Below are positions 34,451 to 48,090 of a stretch of 64,000 nucleotides of DNA, piece by piece. Both the position numbers and the translations under genes were made by a program. Every line of letters begins with the position of its first letter. Positions within the stretch are counted from its first letter, which is position 1. The notes below the pieces were generated by a model. The model saw nothing but the letters and a program-made list of their open reading frames with translations. It did not search any database and was not told the origin of the DNA. Source of the stretch: the human T2T-CHM13v2.0 reference genome, Homo sapiens. The stretch is from NCBI RefSeq assembly GCF_009914755.1, contig NC_060925.1. One strand, written 5' to 3'.

Positions 34451-35129
34451 TCCCTGAGCAACCTGCCCTCCCATGACCTTACCTCATCCTTGGGCTGCCT
34501 CAGGTCTCCTGGCCCTGCTGCTCAGTTTGCCCTCCCAGTCTTTGTCCTTCCCTGGGTCTTTGGTGCAGGACTCTCTGCGCCTGGGTCCTGCTGTTGGCTC
34601 CTTCCAGGCCTGGTCCTGGAGACACATTCTCAAGCCACTCTGGGTGGCATCATCTGGGCCTGGTGTTGCCTGGCTGCCTTCCCCACACTGGGGCCTTCCT
34701 TGCTGGAAGGGACCCCCTTGCATCCTGACCAGCCTTCTGGGGGTCCACGGATCAGGTGCTCTACTGAGCACTGGGGGTCTTTGTTAAACCAAGTATGGGT
34801 CCTGCCCTTGCGGCGTTCATAGACCAGTGTGGAGATAGAGCCTGGGCTTATCTTCCTATGCTTCAAAGGTGGGCAGTTGAGTCTAAAAGGAAGAGAGGGA
34901 CAGAAAACTTCATGTAGAGAGAATGCTAGACCTTGGCATGTGATTTACTGGAGGGATAATGTCATGGGACAGAAGGTGCAAGAACTTTAGAGTTGATTGG
35001 TCCTGGGCTCAAATTCCAGTTGCTCCACGCCCAGCTGTGTGATGGAAGATGCTAGCACCAATCTTGGTGGCACTGGCAGTGTGTCCAGGAGATGCCCAGC
35101 AGGCTGTGGGAAATGCAGAGACTGGGGGA

Positions 35130-35360
35130 AAGGGCCCTGGAGTTAGCGCTGGTAGATCTGGCTTCACCTCCGGACCCTCCCTGGAGGCTGTCGCCAGCAG
35201 AAACCCCCTCTCGTGCTGTTTTCTTTCTCTGACTCACAGTGTGACCTTGGGCAGGTCCTGCCCCCTCTCAGAGTCTCAGCTGTCACATTTGTGAAATGGA
35301 GATAATTCACCTCCTGGGACTATGAGGACTGAGACGATGGAGGTGATGGTGTCTAAGCAA
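35130..35360 (+). mobile_element. MIR SINE
   Basis: gtgtgaccttgggcagg...ctctcagagtctcag...tgtgaaatggagataat. Confidence 0.7.
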
Positions 35361-35519
35361 CTCTGCGGCCTCATTCATCTGGGGCAGTCACGGCGTTCTC
35401 ACCTCAGATGATGTTTCCTCTCACTCTTGTTATCCTTCCCTCCTCCTTCCCACGCTGTGCTCATTTGCCTTCTTTCATCCTAGTTTTAATTTCACTTATT
35501 ATAATTTTATATTAGAAGA

Positions 35520-35630
35520 ATCATCAGAGACCAGCTAGCCCCTCATTTTACACATTGGGGAAACTGAGGCACAAAGAGAGAAAGTAATGGCCTCAAGATC
35601 ACGCAGCCAGCTGCAGTTCAGCTCCTAGCT
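35520..35630 (-). mobile_element. MIR-family fragment
   Basis: cctcattttacacattggggaaactgaggcacaaagag. Confidence 0.75.
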
Positions 35631-35995
35631 CCACACAGGAGCTCCAGCCCCAGAAGGATGAATATCCTCACTTTGATGTGGCGCCTACTCTCTACACTCC
35701 AGGAAGATGTCCAACCTTGTCTAGGAATTTCCTGGCTGATACTTGCAACAAGAGCAAAGCCCAACAAGTGTGAAGTCAGTCTTTGAAAAGCTGGAGGCTA
35801 ATTTGTCCTGGAGCTGTATCTTCTCTTTAGATCCCAACAGTAGCTACGTTTTCTGATCTAAGTGGCTGTCAGTTTCATTCCAAATAAGGTGCGCTTGATC
35901 TGCTGCCTGTGTGAATATTGTTTGCTATTACATCTAGTTTAAAAATCCCATTGAAAAAGTTGATTACAGAAGAAAGGGTTTGATTTGGGAAAATT

Positions 35996-35998
<3 letters not shown>

Positions 35999-36035
<37 letters not shown>

Positions 36036-36056
36036 CGCACGCGTGCGCGCGCATGT
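35999..36056. repeat. (GT)n(GC)n alternating purine-pyrimidine tract
   Basis: 58 bp of unbroken alternation. Confidence 0.95.
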
Positions 36057-36135
36057 CTCCCAACATTTATTTAATTTTTAAACCAAGAGCAAATCATCTT
36101 TAAAGGCTACCTTCCTCTTAAAAATAATCCAGATA

Positions 36136-36441
<306 letters not shown>

Positions 36442-36714
36442 AAAACTCCAGATAGCTGTCACTCAGGTACATGTGGAACCTGTGAAATGTGAGTGTTTTA
36501 TCACTTAACTAAGCCTTTCTCCACTGCTGTGAAGACCTTGTGAAGACTCTCCCCCTGCGCTGCACCACTGGCAATTTCTCTTTGCAGCCTGAGGTTTGTT
36601 TTTGTTTTTCTTTGCAATTCCCTCTGAGAGTCTGGATGGAGCTACTGAACTCAGAGAAATGAGGCCAGGTAGCTTCAGGATTTGGCTTCAGAGTTATCAA
36701 TACCTTCAACTAAC

Positions 36715-36830
36715 TGATAATAATAACAGCTGTTATTTCTACAGGGCCTATTGTGTGCCAGGCACAGTGCTAGATGCTTTTTTGTTTGTCTAACTATTAT
36801 TCATTATCTACGACCCTCACCACAACCCTG
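36715..36830 (-). mobile_element. MIR 3' fragment
   Basis: ataataataacagct...tgtgtgccaggcacagtgctaga...cctcaccacaaccctg. Confidence 0.7.
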
Positions 36831-36849
36831 GAAAATACATGTTTGTCTT

Positions 36850-37175
36850 AGCTCCTGCTCTGATTTGATCTATCCACTGCCTGGATGGTTGCAGGGGCTG
36901 CCCAACCATCTGCCTGATTCCACTCTCACCCGCTGTGGTCTCCTCTCTACTGAGCAGCAGGAGGGAGCCTTTTAGAATGCCCATGCAACCACTTCCTTCC
37001 TTGCTCACACCCTCCATGGCTCCCATCTTCTCCAGGTTAAAGCCAGAGTCCTTCACTGGTCCCCAAGACCCTGTGACCTTTCTGGCCTCACCTCCCTAGC
37101 ACCTGTCACTCTGCTGTCTAGGATGTCCTCCCTAGATGTTCTCATGGCTCACACCTCTTATGATCAAGTTGACCT
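36850..37175 (+). mobile_element. L2 fragment
   Basis: cttgctcacaccctccatggctcccatc...aaagccagagtccttcac...ccaagaccctg. Confidence 0.7.
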
Positions 37176-37202
37176 CTAGAGGTTAGAGTTAGGCTTGGGT
37201 GA

Positions 37203-37570
<368 letters not shown>

Positions 37571-37989
37571 ATTCTGGTTAGGTTTAAGGGCAATGCTCCT
37601 GCAACATTTCCTACAAAGCCCGCCTAGGGAAGGAGGTAGTGAATGCTCTCTGGGCATCTGAGGGCATGGGCAGAAACAAGCTAGCACAGCACAGAACATT
37701 TTAAGGACCGATCATTTATCTTAGAAAAAAGTCATGTTAATTCTTATTCCGTTCCATAATATTTGCTTGGATTAAAAAAAAAACCCTCCTACCAAATCGT
37801 TGAGTGATGTTGATGTTTAGGAAGATTGGCTCATGGTTCAAAGAGGTGCTGTGCCTGGGATACCACCAACTGGAGCAGCAGAGATCTAGGGGTAGGTGAG
37901 GTAGGATGAGGCTGAAACTAGAGGTGGCACAGAGGGCCTTTGACAGGTGACCAGCTCCTGTCAGGATCACTGGCTTTGGTGCAAACAGG

Positions 37990-38140
37990 AGCCTTGCATA
38001 GGCTCATTTTAGCCTCAATTTCCTCATCTTTAAAAGGGAGCTTACAATGGGGATTACTCCCAGAGCTGTTGTGAAGAGTCAGTGGAATGATGTGTGCACA
38101 GCGGCCAGCACACAGCGCAGCTCAGTTAATGCAGCATCAT
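37990..38140 (+). mobile_element. MIR SINE
   Basis: agcctcaatttcctcatctttaaaaggg...gttgtgaagag. Confidence 0.7.
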
Positions 38141-39694
38141 TGCTGTTCAGTCACCAAAGCAGAAGTGAGGTTTGCAATCAACTGTGTCTGCCTGTAAACA
38201 ACCCCGTCATTCCACAGCAAGCTCCCCGACTTCTTCCAACAACTCTGAACGCAGTGGAAACAGGGCTGGACTTGTCTGGAGGGAATTTTGGTCATTGAGC
38301 AAGCAGGGTGGGTACACAATGGGTGCTGAACCTCCTTCTGCTTCTGGTTTGGACAGGGGAAGGCATTGAATCAGCATGACCTGGAAGCCTGTTCCTGGGA
38401 GGGAGGGTAGTGGGTGCTGGCTGGCATCACTCATGGATGGCAGTGGCTCTAAATGCCCATGGAGAGAGAGACCTGGGAAAATCCACTGGCAAGGCACCAA
38501 AGAAAATTAGCCTTTGGGTCATCTGTGGCCCTTGGGCCAGGAGTCACTGAACTCTAGTTCATCGATCAGATGTGTCTGGGACATTGAGCATCTTCTTTCT
38601 CTTGAGATTATGTGACTCCTTGATTAACAGTAACAGTCATCATTGTTGAGTATCTTTTTCATTTATGTTAGTGAATATCTATGAGTCCCCACTGGGTGCT
38701 GGGTGCTGGGATGACAATGGTGAACCCCACAAATGACCAAGACGGGCCCCCTGCCCTATCACTGTAATTGCTGTCACTGTTATCATGCGAGAGCTTCCTG
38801 TCCATACTCTCACTTTCCTGTTGCTTGGTTTCAGGCTCTCTTTTCTCCCCTCATCATCTGCTGGCCCTTGGTCTTTTCATATGCTTGGAGCTGCAGCTGG
38901 GGCTGGAGGTGTCGGGGAGAGAAACAGGCACTTGGAGGATGTGTCCCAGAGCCAGGTAGGGATCTTCTTCCTGTTCCTTCCTGTAAGAAATGACAATTAA
39001 CTCAAATTAATTCAAGCTCAGCCCATACCTGAGGAAGAAACATAAGCTGGTTAGATTCGTTTTCTCGGTCAGCTTCTCAAGCCTGGTATTAATCTGCTCA
39101 TCAGCTGAGCTCATCAGGAGCAAACACGCTTCTTCAGGAGTTTTCTAACAGGAAAGAAATGCCTCATTAAGTTAAACATATTAACCTGAGAACGGTACTG
39201 ATGTCAGACAGACTAATGAACGTCATTATAGGGAATGCGCCGCAGTCCTCAGAGGGGCCCCACCCAGCGTCGGGGGACTCCCACAGATTGGCTCAGCTAC
39301 TGCAGGGTGTGGGATCATCAGAGGAGGGAGGGAGACGGAAAAGGGGCTGTTGCTGGAGCTGTGGTCATGGTCAGCCCTGTGAGCCGTGCCCTGATTAATT
39401 CTGGCATCTTTGAATGTCTGCAAAGGGCGTGTGGCCAAAGGAGGAGCCCTGTGTGCCTCACTGTTGGGTCCAAGGGGGTTGGGAGGAAGCTGAGTGCAGC
39501 CTCTGAAACAGGAGGGAGGGCAGGAAGGCCGAGTTGGGCATCAGAACCCCGGGTTCTGGTTCCAGGCCTTCTCCACCTAGTGCAGGAGGCTCAGTTCCAG
39601 CCCCTCTCCAGCAGGCCGAGCTCTGCGCTGAGCACTTCCAGAAGCATTGAGCTCAGCTACCCTCGCAGAAACCCAGGCAGACAGGGGTTTATGG

Positions 39695-39775
39695 CCTGGG
39701 GTTGTGGATGAGGAAACTGAGGCTCAGAGGAGTTAAGTGACTTGTCCAAGGTCACCCAGCTTGTGGGTGGGAGAG
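39695..39775 (-). mobile_element. MIR core fragment
   Basis: gatgaggaaactgaggctcagaggagttaagtgacttgtccaaggtcacccagct. Confidence 0.88.
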
Positions 39776-39999
39776 AGACAGGCCCAGGCTGGCCGAACCC
39801 TGGTGCATGTTCCCCAGCAAGGCCCCGCTGCCTGCTTCCTGGTGCTCTGTCTTCCAACCCCTCCTCCAGGACTCTGGAGCATCTTTATGGGGGCTGCGTG
39901 GGGAAGGGCTGTCTCCGCCACCACGCAGGAGCCAGGGTGTAGACCCCACAGGGCTGAGGAGCAAGGAGGACCCTAACTTACATATGGCTCAGGAAGCCC

Positions 40000-40150
40000 T
40001 GGTCATGAGCCCTGGGCAGTCACTGCTCTAGTTTCCATTTTTTCATCAACAAAATGGGCTGAGTCTCACCACCCCACAGGCTTGCTGTGAGGATCAAATG
40101 AGCCGATGAAGGCACAGTTCTCCACGTGCAGCAGGCGCTCAGGACGCGCT
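40000..40150 (+). mobile_element. MIR SINE
   Basis: ctgggcagtcact...aaaatggg...tgtgaggatcaaatgag. Confidence 0.65.
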
Positions 40151-41277
40151 GGTCCCTCCTACTCTGCACTGCATCCTGGCAGAGCCAGCCCCAGGATGGT
40201 CTCTGGGGAGAGGCTGAACGGGGCCAGGTGGAACATGAAGGAGTGGACCCCCTTCCTGAGGTCTAGCCCAGCAGCTAGGGCAGTCCCAGATCCCACAGTC
40301 CACTCACATTCATTGAGGACTCAACCTGTTTCAGGTACCATAGGGCATAGAGATGATCACAGCATGGATTTCATATCCCAGTGGGGAAAATGACCCTGGG
40401 GCACTGGAGAGAGTCATAGGATGGGGCCAGAGCCACTGGGAATGGCACAGAGAAAATCTGGATATGGTGTTGAGGAGGTATTGGGGACAAACCAGCCTCC
40501 TCCTGGGAACAGACACTGAGGACTCTGTGTAAAGAGCCAGAACTCAGGCCTTGCTGGAAGGCATTTGTTTTCCCTGAAAATGACAAGCATCTGGAAAATT
40601 GCTGCTGGCCCCTCTCCCTGATGTGGCTTTCAGGCAGAATGTGTCTCGTGGGTGGGAGGCATGAAGACCCTCTTTCCAGCCTTGCGTGCAGACAGGCAGG
40701 CCCTGCCACCCTCTGTCAGTAGAAGCTGGAAGGGCTGGGCACAGCCCTGCGGTGACTACTGCAATTCGGAGCTGGTGTTTCTAGCCCAGCTGCTCATTTC
40801 TGAGTGTGGCTTCCCCTCACTGTGAGCACCTGCTCTTTCATAAGGTGGGCGCTAAGCATTCTGGCTGAGCATGGAGGCTGCAATTTCATTGCAGGTTGGA
40901 GCACTTTGCATGGAGAATGACACAAATTCTGGGTAAAATGCTACATGGAATTCTGCTGCAGTTACTTATTCAATTCTCCCATCTCCTGGAAGTTCTTTGG
41001 TGGCAGTCCTATGTCTATTTTACTTACTGTCTTTTCCTCCATGCCTGACACATGTAATGGCACACTTTAAACATTTGTTGAGTGGTTGAAGAAAGGGGGC
41101 ACTGAAAGCAGGAAATGGGTTCTAGCAACTCCGTTAAAATTTCTCTAGGCATGGGAGAAACACCGTGGAATTTTAGGAACAAAGATGGTGATAAAGAGAG
41201 GAGTGAGAAGAGTCAAGACACTTGACGAAATACACAAGGTAGTTGAACCAAACAGCTTTGTGGTGAGAGAGTTATGG

Positions 41278-42350
41278 TGTATCAGCCAGCTCCTGCTGCA
41301 TAACAAACCACCACAAACTTATTGCTTAAAATAACAAGCATTTATTGAACTTAGGAGTGTGTATGCAAGCTGGCTGCTTCTGCTGACCTAGGGTGGGTTT
41401 GGTTGATCTTGGATGGATATACTTCTGCATCTGCAATCAGCCTGTGGATTGGCTGGGAGATGACTGGCTTGGCATGGTCTCAGGGGAGTTGACTCATTTC
41501 TGTTTCATGTGGTCTTATCTGAGTGCAGGCCAGCCCAGACACATCTTCATGTTCAAAAGAGAGGATGAAAGCACACAAGGTGTTTTGAGGCATAGGTGGA
41601 TATCTTGACTGTATATTCTCATTTCTGTATTATTGATGCTCTGGCATTTGGGGCCTTGATCCTGGAGACATTGCCCTACCAGGGCTAGTTATTCTCCAGA
41701 GATAGCAAAGGACTCTCCTGAGAGCACATCTTTGATATTCAAACCAACCGATCCAGAGCCCACATCCCCAGCCACCTCCTTTATCTAACTCTCCCACACC
41801 AAGCCAATATTCTTCCTGCCCTGCCCCAAATCACCCCAGGTCCAGGTAGTGGACATCTAGGGACCACCCTTATGGGACAAAGCTCACTTAAGTTATCCAA
41901 CCACCCAATTGTAAGCTTACTCAGCAACCTACCCTGCGTTGCCCATTCCTGCCCACGAGAGCCCCAGTGAATGCTCTGGGCATTCGATTTCCTCTTCTCC
42001 CCCTATCTCCTGACTTACCCTGCTGCTTCCCTGCATGGAATGCTATGCCTCTTGTTTCCAGGAATCTGTGAGAATAAACATTTTCCTTCATGACAGTCAT
42101 TTCCATATCTGTGTGTCTTGTAAATACCTGATTAAAACAAATCCTGGGTACATTTTAAAACAGCTGAAAACTGGCACATCACTTTTGTCATATTTTATGA
42201 GAAAAAGCAAATCACAGGGCCACCCCAGATTCAAGAGTTGGGGAAATAGACCTCACCGCTTGATAGCAAGAACAGCAAAGTCACCTTTCAAAGGACTGGA
42301 TAGAGATACAAATTGAGAAGCACAGTGGCTGTTTTCCAATCAATCTTTCA
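41278..42350 (-). mobile_element. MaLR LTR (MLT1H-like) split by an inserted LTR
   Basis: tgtatcag..gctgcataacaaaccacc...cttaaaataacaagcattt; resumes at ~42163 with aactggcacatcactt...ccagattcaag...ggaaatagac. Confidence 0.8.
41601..42162 (+). mobile_element. Solo LTR of the MER21/LTR47-like group nested in the MLT1
   Basis: gatgctctggcatttggggcctt...agagatagcaaa...aaccaaccgatccagagcccaca; AATAAA near 42073; ends ...ttttaaaaca; left boundary approximate. Confidence 0.7.
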
Positions 42351-42354
42351 CTTT

Positions 42355-43889
42355 TTAACATCTCATTATTCACTATTTATATTCTTGATAAAAAACTGTC
42401 AGGAAGGTAGAAATAGAAGGGAAATTCTGCCAACTGAGAAGAAGCACCTATGAAAAACCAACAGCAAACATTGTACTCAATGGAGAAAGACTGAATATTC
42501 TTCCCCTAAAATCAGGAACAAGGCAAGCACATCCGCTCTTCCACTTCTACTAAACATTTTACTTAAAGTTCCAACCAGTGAAATACGGAATGAAAAAGAA
42601 ATTAAATGCATCCATGTTGGAAAGGAATAAATAAAACCTTTTAGTTAAAGACAACATGATAGAGCTAAGTGAGTTTAGCAAAGTTTCAGGATGTAGGACC
42701 TATATAGAACAATCAGTTGTATTTCCAAATACCAATAGCAGAACAATCAGTGATTGAAATGAAAGTTACCATTTAAAACAGCATCACAAAATGTAAAATA
42801 CTTAGAGATAAATCTGAAAAGATGTGCAAGACCCATACACTCTGAATGAAAAACATTACTGAGATAAAGAAGATCCAAATGAATGGAGAAATAAATATTA
42901 TCCATGGGCCACATGATTTAATATTGATAAAATGGTCAATTCTCCCCAAATTGATAACTAGGTTCAAGTCAATCCCAACCAAAAGTACAAGAGGCTTTTG
43001 ATTTACCAGCTGAAATTTACAAACTCATAAAAAATTCATATGGAAATGCAAAAGACCTAGCATAGCAAAATAGAAAACTTTGAAAAAGAGAAAAAAATAT
43101 AGTTGGCATCATCAAAACAAGGCGGTGTTGGCATAAATGTGAACAAAAAGATTTATATGGAACAGAATAGAGTGTTCAGAAATAGACCCATTCATATAAG
43201 AACAACTGATTTCTGACAAAAGTGCAAAGGCCATTTGCGGAGAGCTTTTCCAACAAATGATGCTGGCACAATTGGATGTTCATATGCAAAAAAGGAGAGC
43301 GTTCATTCATACCTTACACAATATAAAAATTTAAAGTGGATCATAGACTTAAAAATAAATCCTAAAATTATAAAACTTAAGAAGAAAACAGAGGAAAAAA
43401 TCTTTGTTACCTTGGATTAGTCAAGGATTTCTCAAATATAACACCAAAAGCATGACTCATAAGACATTGATAAATTTGGTTTTATAAAAATTAAAAATGT
43501 TTTTTGAAAGACACTGCTAAGACAATTAAAATACAAGCCATAGATTGGGAGAATATTCTCAAAGCATATATCTGATAAAATATTTACATCTAGGGCATGT
43601 AAATAACTCCCAAAACAAGCCACCAATAAAAAACAGGCAAAGGATTCACATATCAAGAAGACATGTGAACGTAAAGATGTCCAACATGAAGATGCTGGAC
43701 ATCTTTAGTCATTAGGAAAACATACATTAAGAACCACAATGAGATACCACTACACATCTGAGGTATCAGAATGGCTAAAATTAAAAAGATCATACCAAGT
43801 TCTGTCCAGGATGTGGAGGAACTGGTACTCTCATGAACTGCTGGTGGGAGGGTAAAATGGTCCAACAACTTTAGAAGACAGTTTGACAA
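42355..43889 (+). mobile_element. Old L1 (L1M) ORF2 remnant
   Basis: aaaaccaacagcaaacattgtactcaatggagaaagactga...ggaacaaggcaag...ggaacagaatagag...gctggtgggagggtaaaatgg. Confidence 0.92.
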
Positions 43890-44352
43890 TTTTTTTTTTA
43901 TTATGCTTTAAGTTCTGGGTTACATGTGCAGAACGTGCAATTTTGTTATATAGGTATACATGTGCCCTGGTGGTTTGCTGCACCCATCAATCCGTCACCT
44001 ACATTAGGTATTTCTCCTAATGCTATCCCTCCCCTATCCGCCACCCCTGACAGGCCCTGGTGTGTGATGTTCCCCTCTCTGTGTCCATGTGTTCTCATTG
44101 TTCAACTGCCACTTATGAGTGAGAACACGCAGTGTTTGGTTTTCTGATCTTGTGATTGTTTGCTGAGAATGATGGTTTCCAGCTTCATCCATGTCCCTGC
44201 AAAGGACATGAACACACCCTTTTTTATGGCTGCATAGTATTCCATGGTGTATATGTGCCACATTTTCTTAATCCAGTCTATCATTGATGGACATTTGGGT
44301 TGGCTCCAAGTCTTTGCTATTGTGAATAGTGCTGCAGTAAATATATGTGTGT
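43890..44352 (-). mobile_element. 5'-truncated primate L1PA (L1PA6/7-like) 3' end
   Basis: Poly-T then tttaagttctgggttacatgtgcagaacgtgc...; ORF 44102-44386 IFTAALFTIAKTWSQPKCPSMIDWIKKMWHIYTMEYYAAIKK (L1 ORF2p C-terminus). Confidence 0.95.
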
Positions 44353-44481
44353 GTTTGTCTTTATCTCGATGTGGTGATGGTTTCAAGGATGTATATTTAC
44401 ATCAAAACATAGCCAATTGTACATTTTAAATACATGGGGTTTATTTCATGTCAGTTGTATCTTAATAAAGTGGTTAAAAAA
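44353..44481 (+). mobile_element. Old L1M extreme 3' UTR
   Basis: tgtggtgatggttt...aattgtacattttaaata...tcttaataaagtggttaaaaa. Confidence 0.8.
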
Positions 44482-44824
44482 TTCTTATTCAGATCTCCTG
44501 CTACAGTTCAGGCGGAACATTTCTGACAGGAATCAGGTGAACAGGTTGGGGAATAAAGGAGAATTTACCCAATTGTCCATGACCAACCCCATGTCTGGGC
44601 AGATGGCTCCTCATTCAGGAAGGGTCAACAAAAAAACAAAAACAAAAGCAAAACAAAACAAAACAAAAAACAAAAGAGGGAAACTTGAGCCAGGGCCCTG
44701 CTGGATCCTTGGGACAGAGAGAGGGCTCAGTTGGGCCCTGCCCTGGGCAGACCTTCCCTGGGAAGTTGCATCAGAGAGCTCAAAAGAGAGAGAGAAGCTT
44801 GGTTGGAGGGGCTGTTTAATGAGG

Positions 44825-45035
44825 AATGCCAAAGGAGTGGGATTGTAGAACCTGGGGACAGAAAATCCCTGGAAGGATGAGAATTATCTTCAAATACATG
44901 TGCTGCCATGTGGAATATGAAGTAGATGCCCTCAATGTGGCCTGAAGGAAGGACTTTCCAAGTCAAAGCTGTCCTGAGATGTCTTGAGAGGTAGTGAGCT
45001 TCCCATCCTTAGGGGTATACAACCAGGAGGTGAGA
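44825..45035 (+). mobile_element. L3/CR1 LINE 3' fragment
   Basis: tcttcaaatacatg...gccatgtggaa...ggaaggactttcc...agctgtcc...gaggtagtgagcttcccatc. Confidence 0.7.
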
Positions 45036-45036
45036 C

Positions 45037-45210
45037 AGGCATAGTAGTGAAGTGCTAAGGCTTTGGCATCAGACAGATCTGGATTTGAATTGCAACTTGG
45101 GTGGTTCAGTGCAAAGGACTTCCCCTCTCTGAGTCTCAGTTTCCTCATCTGTAAAGTGGGGTCATAGTACCATTTAACCCACTGGATTATTAGGAGGCCT
45201 AAACGAAGTC
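45037..45210 (+). mobile_element. MIR SINE
   Basis: ggctttggcatcagacagatctggatttgaat...ctctctgagtctcagtttcctcatctgtaaagtgggg. Confidence 0.9.
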
Positions 45211-47919
45211 AACTCCATCATTTATCTCGGATGATTAGTGGTGTGTCCTTCCCTCTCCTTGCTCTCCCCCAGTCCCTTCCTCCGGAGATGATCTCTGTTG
45301 AGTCACAATCTCCCCCCTGGCCTTCTTTGTGCAGTGAGCTGTGGCATTGAGGTGGCATTCTGGGTTTCCTGCTCGCGCTGCCCACACGCGTATGAGGATG
45401 ACTGACTCACCCTTCCATGGGCTCCTGGATGCACAGATTCAGTCTTTCTGAGGAACAGAGACCCCTTTCCAGGAGTGATCTGGGAGCTCCTCCTCCATCC
45501 ATTGCACAGGGCTGGCTAGCTGCCCTCTTGATGATCTTCCCTGGTCTCAGAAAATGAACTTTAATTTTAGGCAGAGAAAAAGAAAAAGCTCATAACCTGT
45601 ATGTTGTAAATGTCGCTCCAGGGCTCCCGGCAGAGTGCCCAGTCAGTTTGATCATTTCTTGGGCTTACTCAAAGGCCCCCTCTGTGAGTGATTGGCCACT
45701 TAGCACTTGTTAATGGATCTAACTTCCACAGACTTTTTAGTGTTTTCTTGGAATTGATCTTTCCGTGAAAAGTATGCTTTGGAGATGTGAAATAACCATC
45801 ACAGAGCCTTAAATGAGTTACACTTTATCAAACAAAGAAAAACAATGCACTTGAAACAGGTGCTGCAAGGGAAATGGAGGGCTGTCTCACAGAAGACCGG
45901 GAGGGCAAGTGGCCATGTGTTGTGTGCCTCTGCACTCCTGCCTTGCAACAAGTGCCTGCACTTGCGTTCTCCAGGGGGCTGTTACGTTCTGGATCATTTT
46001 CTCTGCTGTGTGATGTGGCATTTGCTGCTCCTATCCTTACCCCAGCTCTGCTGTTCTCTGGGTCATTCTCCCACTGCTGGGGGTTGGGGTGTGATGGCTT
46101 TGCGTGGTGAAGGGAGGTGGAGAGGGGTCCCACACTCTCCTTTAATTACTCCCCCTCCTCTGCTTCCCCATCCTGGGCCATATGTGGAGAAATGAGCTCC
46201 AGAGACCCTGGGCAAAAGGGGGTGCAGAGGCCCCAATCTTCACCAGCGATTAGAGAAGGGAGACGAGGCCCCTGCTCACCCATTCCCCACACAAGGGGCC
46301 TGAGGAGGGGGCTCAGTTCATCTAAGTGCCCAGTTGTCAAATGTTTACCGAGAGCCAGCCTGTGCCTGGCTCTGAGCCGGGACTGCAGATTCAGGAAGGG
46401 CTGGTGCCCAGGGTACAGGGGCAAGGTACCCACGGGATCTGCTACTGTCTCTAAGAACAAAGTTGTGCATGGGGCACTCGGGTCTTAGAACCAGCAAACT
46501 TGACCCTCCCATGACCAACACAACACAGCCCCGCCCGAGACAAGCGGGTCCCCACGCTGCTTCCAGGTCATGTGGGTCCGTCATAGCCATGGCCCCCCTC
46601 AGCCCAACTCAACCCTGCAGGTGGAGATTGGGCTCAGGTGGGGCTTCTGTGCCATGACCCCGCCATCAGCTCTGCTCTGTGGTCAGTGTGGGCTTACTGA
46701 ACCCTGTCCATGTGGAGAATCAAGTGGGCAGATGAGAGTTGGAACCCAGTGGAGGGGTAGGGGCAGAGGCAAGGCTGGTGTGGCATGAAGGTTAGGAACG
46801 CAGCTGAGGACAGAGGAGACAGCTATAGAAAACTAATGTCACATATTCTGGAGCATCAGAGCTGGATGACCTCGACATACACCCCAGTGGGCGGCTTGAC
46901 AGGCAGGAGCACAGTGGGGAGACCCGAGACCTGCTGGCATCTGAGCATCAAGGCGGTGCTGGGGTGGAAGGTGAGGGCCCAGCAGTGAGTGCAGGTGGCA
47001 GCTGTGACATAGAGTCACATGGGCCAGCTTTGTAGTGAGGAGGAGAGAGACCTCCCCCATGGAAGGGGCTGGGGTCTCAGGGTGACCCACAGGGGCTCTG
47101 GAAAGGGCTGCAGTGCCAGGCAGTAAAACCAGGTGGGCAGCAGCTGTATGTTGAGGGGTGAGGAGTGGGTCCAGAGAAGGGTGTTTGGTTTCAGGTGTAG
47201 CCTGGGCTCAGGGCTCCCCGCTGGCGGCTGCATTCCCAGCCTGGGCTGCACAGTGAATTCCAGAGCCTGCCAGTGGCAGGAAGTGAGCTGCTCATAGACT
47301 TCCTGCAGTGGCCTAGGTCTGGATCAGAGAGAGACAGAGATGGAGATGGAGCCCTGTTTATGGCTCATCTTCCTGAAGCTGGTGCGTTGGAGCCACGATC
47401 TCACTGAATCGTCCCAACCTTCCTCAGGGAAAAGAGGTGGAACTGTGCTGGGCAAGGCAGAGGCCCAGGGAGGCAGCCCAACAAGTCAGCATGGAGAAGG
47501 AGGACCTGGGGAAGGGAGGCTGAGCCTCCAGGGCTCCTGGGACCTGGACACACCTGCCCTGGGCTCTCGTGCAAGGCCAGCTCTGATGCAGGGGGGTTGG
47601 GTGGGCTCTGAGAGCTGCTGCTGCTGGTGCGCAGCCCACATATTGAGCAACAGGGGCTGAGAGAGGTCATCTTTTATTTCACAGCATTTATTTCACAAGC
47701 ATTTCTTGAGGGCTCACTATGTTGGGGGTGCTGGGATACAGTGGGGTGCAAGACAGGCTTGGCCCTGCCCCATGGAGCTCGTATTCTAGCTGAGTGCACA
47801 GACAGGAGCAAGCCAATGGTCATACTGGTGTGTGTCTCTCTCTCTCTGTCTCTGTGTGTGTGTGTGTATATACATACATATATAAAATTATATATATATA
47901 TAATTTTAGTTTTTTTTTT

Positions 47920-48090
47920 GCAGTTTATGGAGGGGAAACTGAGAAAGGGAAAGGAGGTATTTTTTTCCACTTTCCAGATGAGAAAGCTGGGACTCAGAGA
48001 GGTTAAGTAACTTGCCTGAATGACACAGACGGTGAGTGGCAGAGAAGAGTGCAGACCTGTGAGTAAGCACAGTGCTTCCCGGGCTCCACT
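47920..48090 (-). mobile_element. MIR SINE
   Basis: cagatgagaaagctgggactcagagaggttaagtaacttgcct. Confidence 0.8.
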
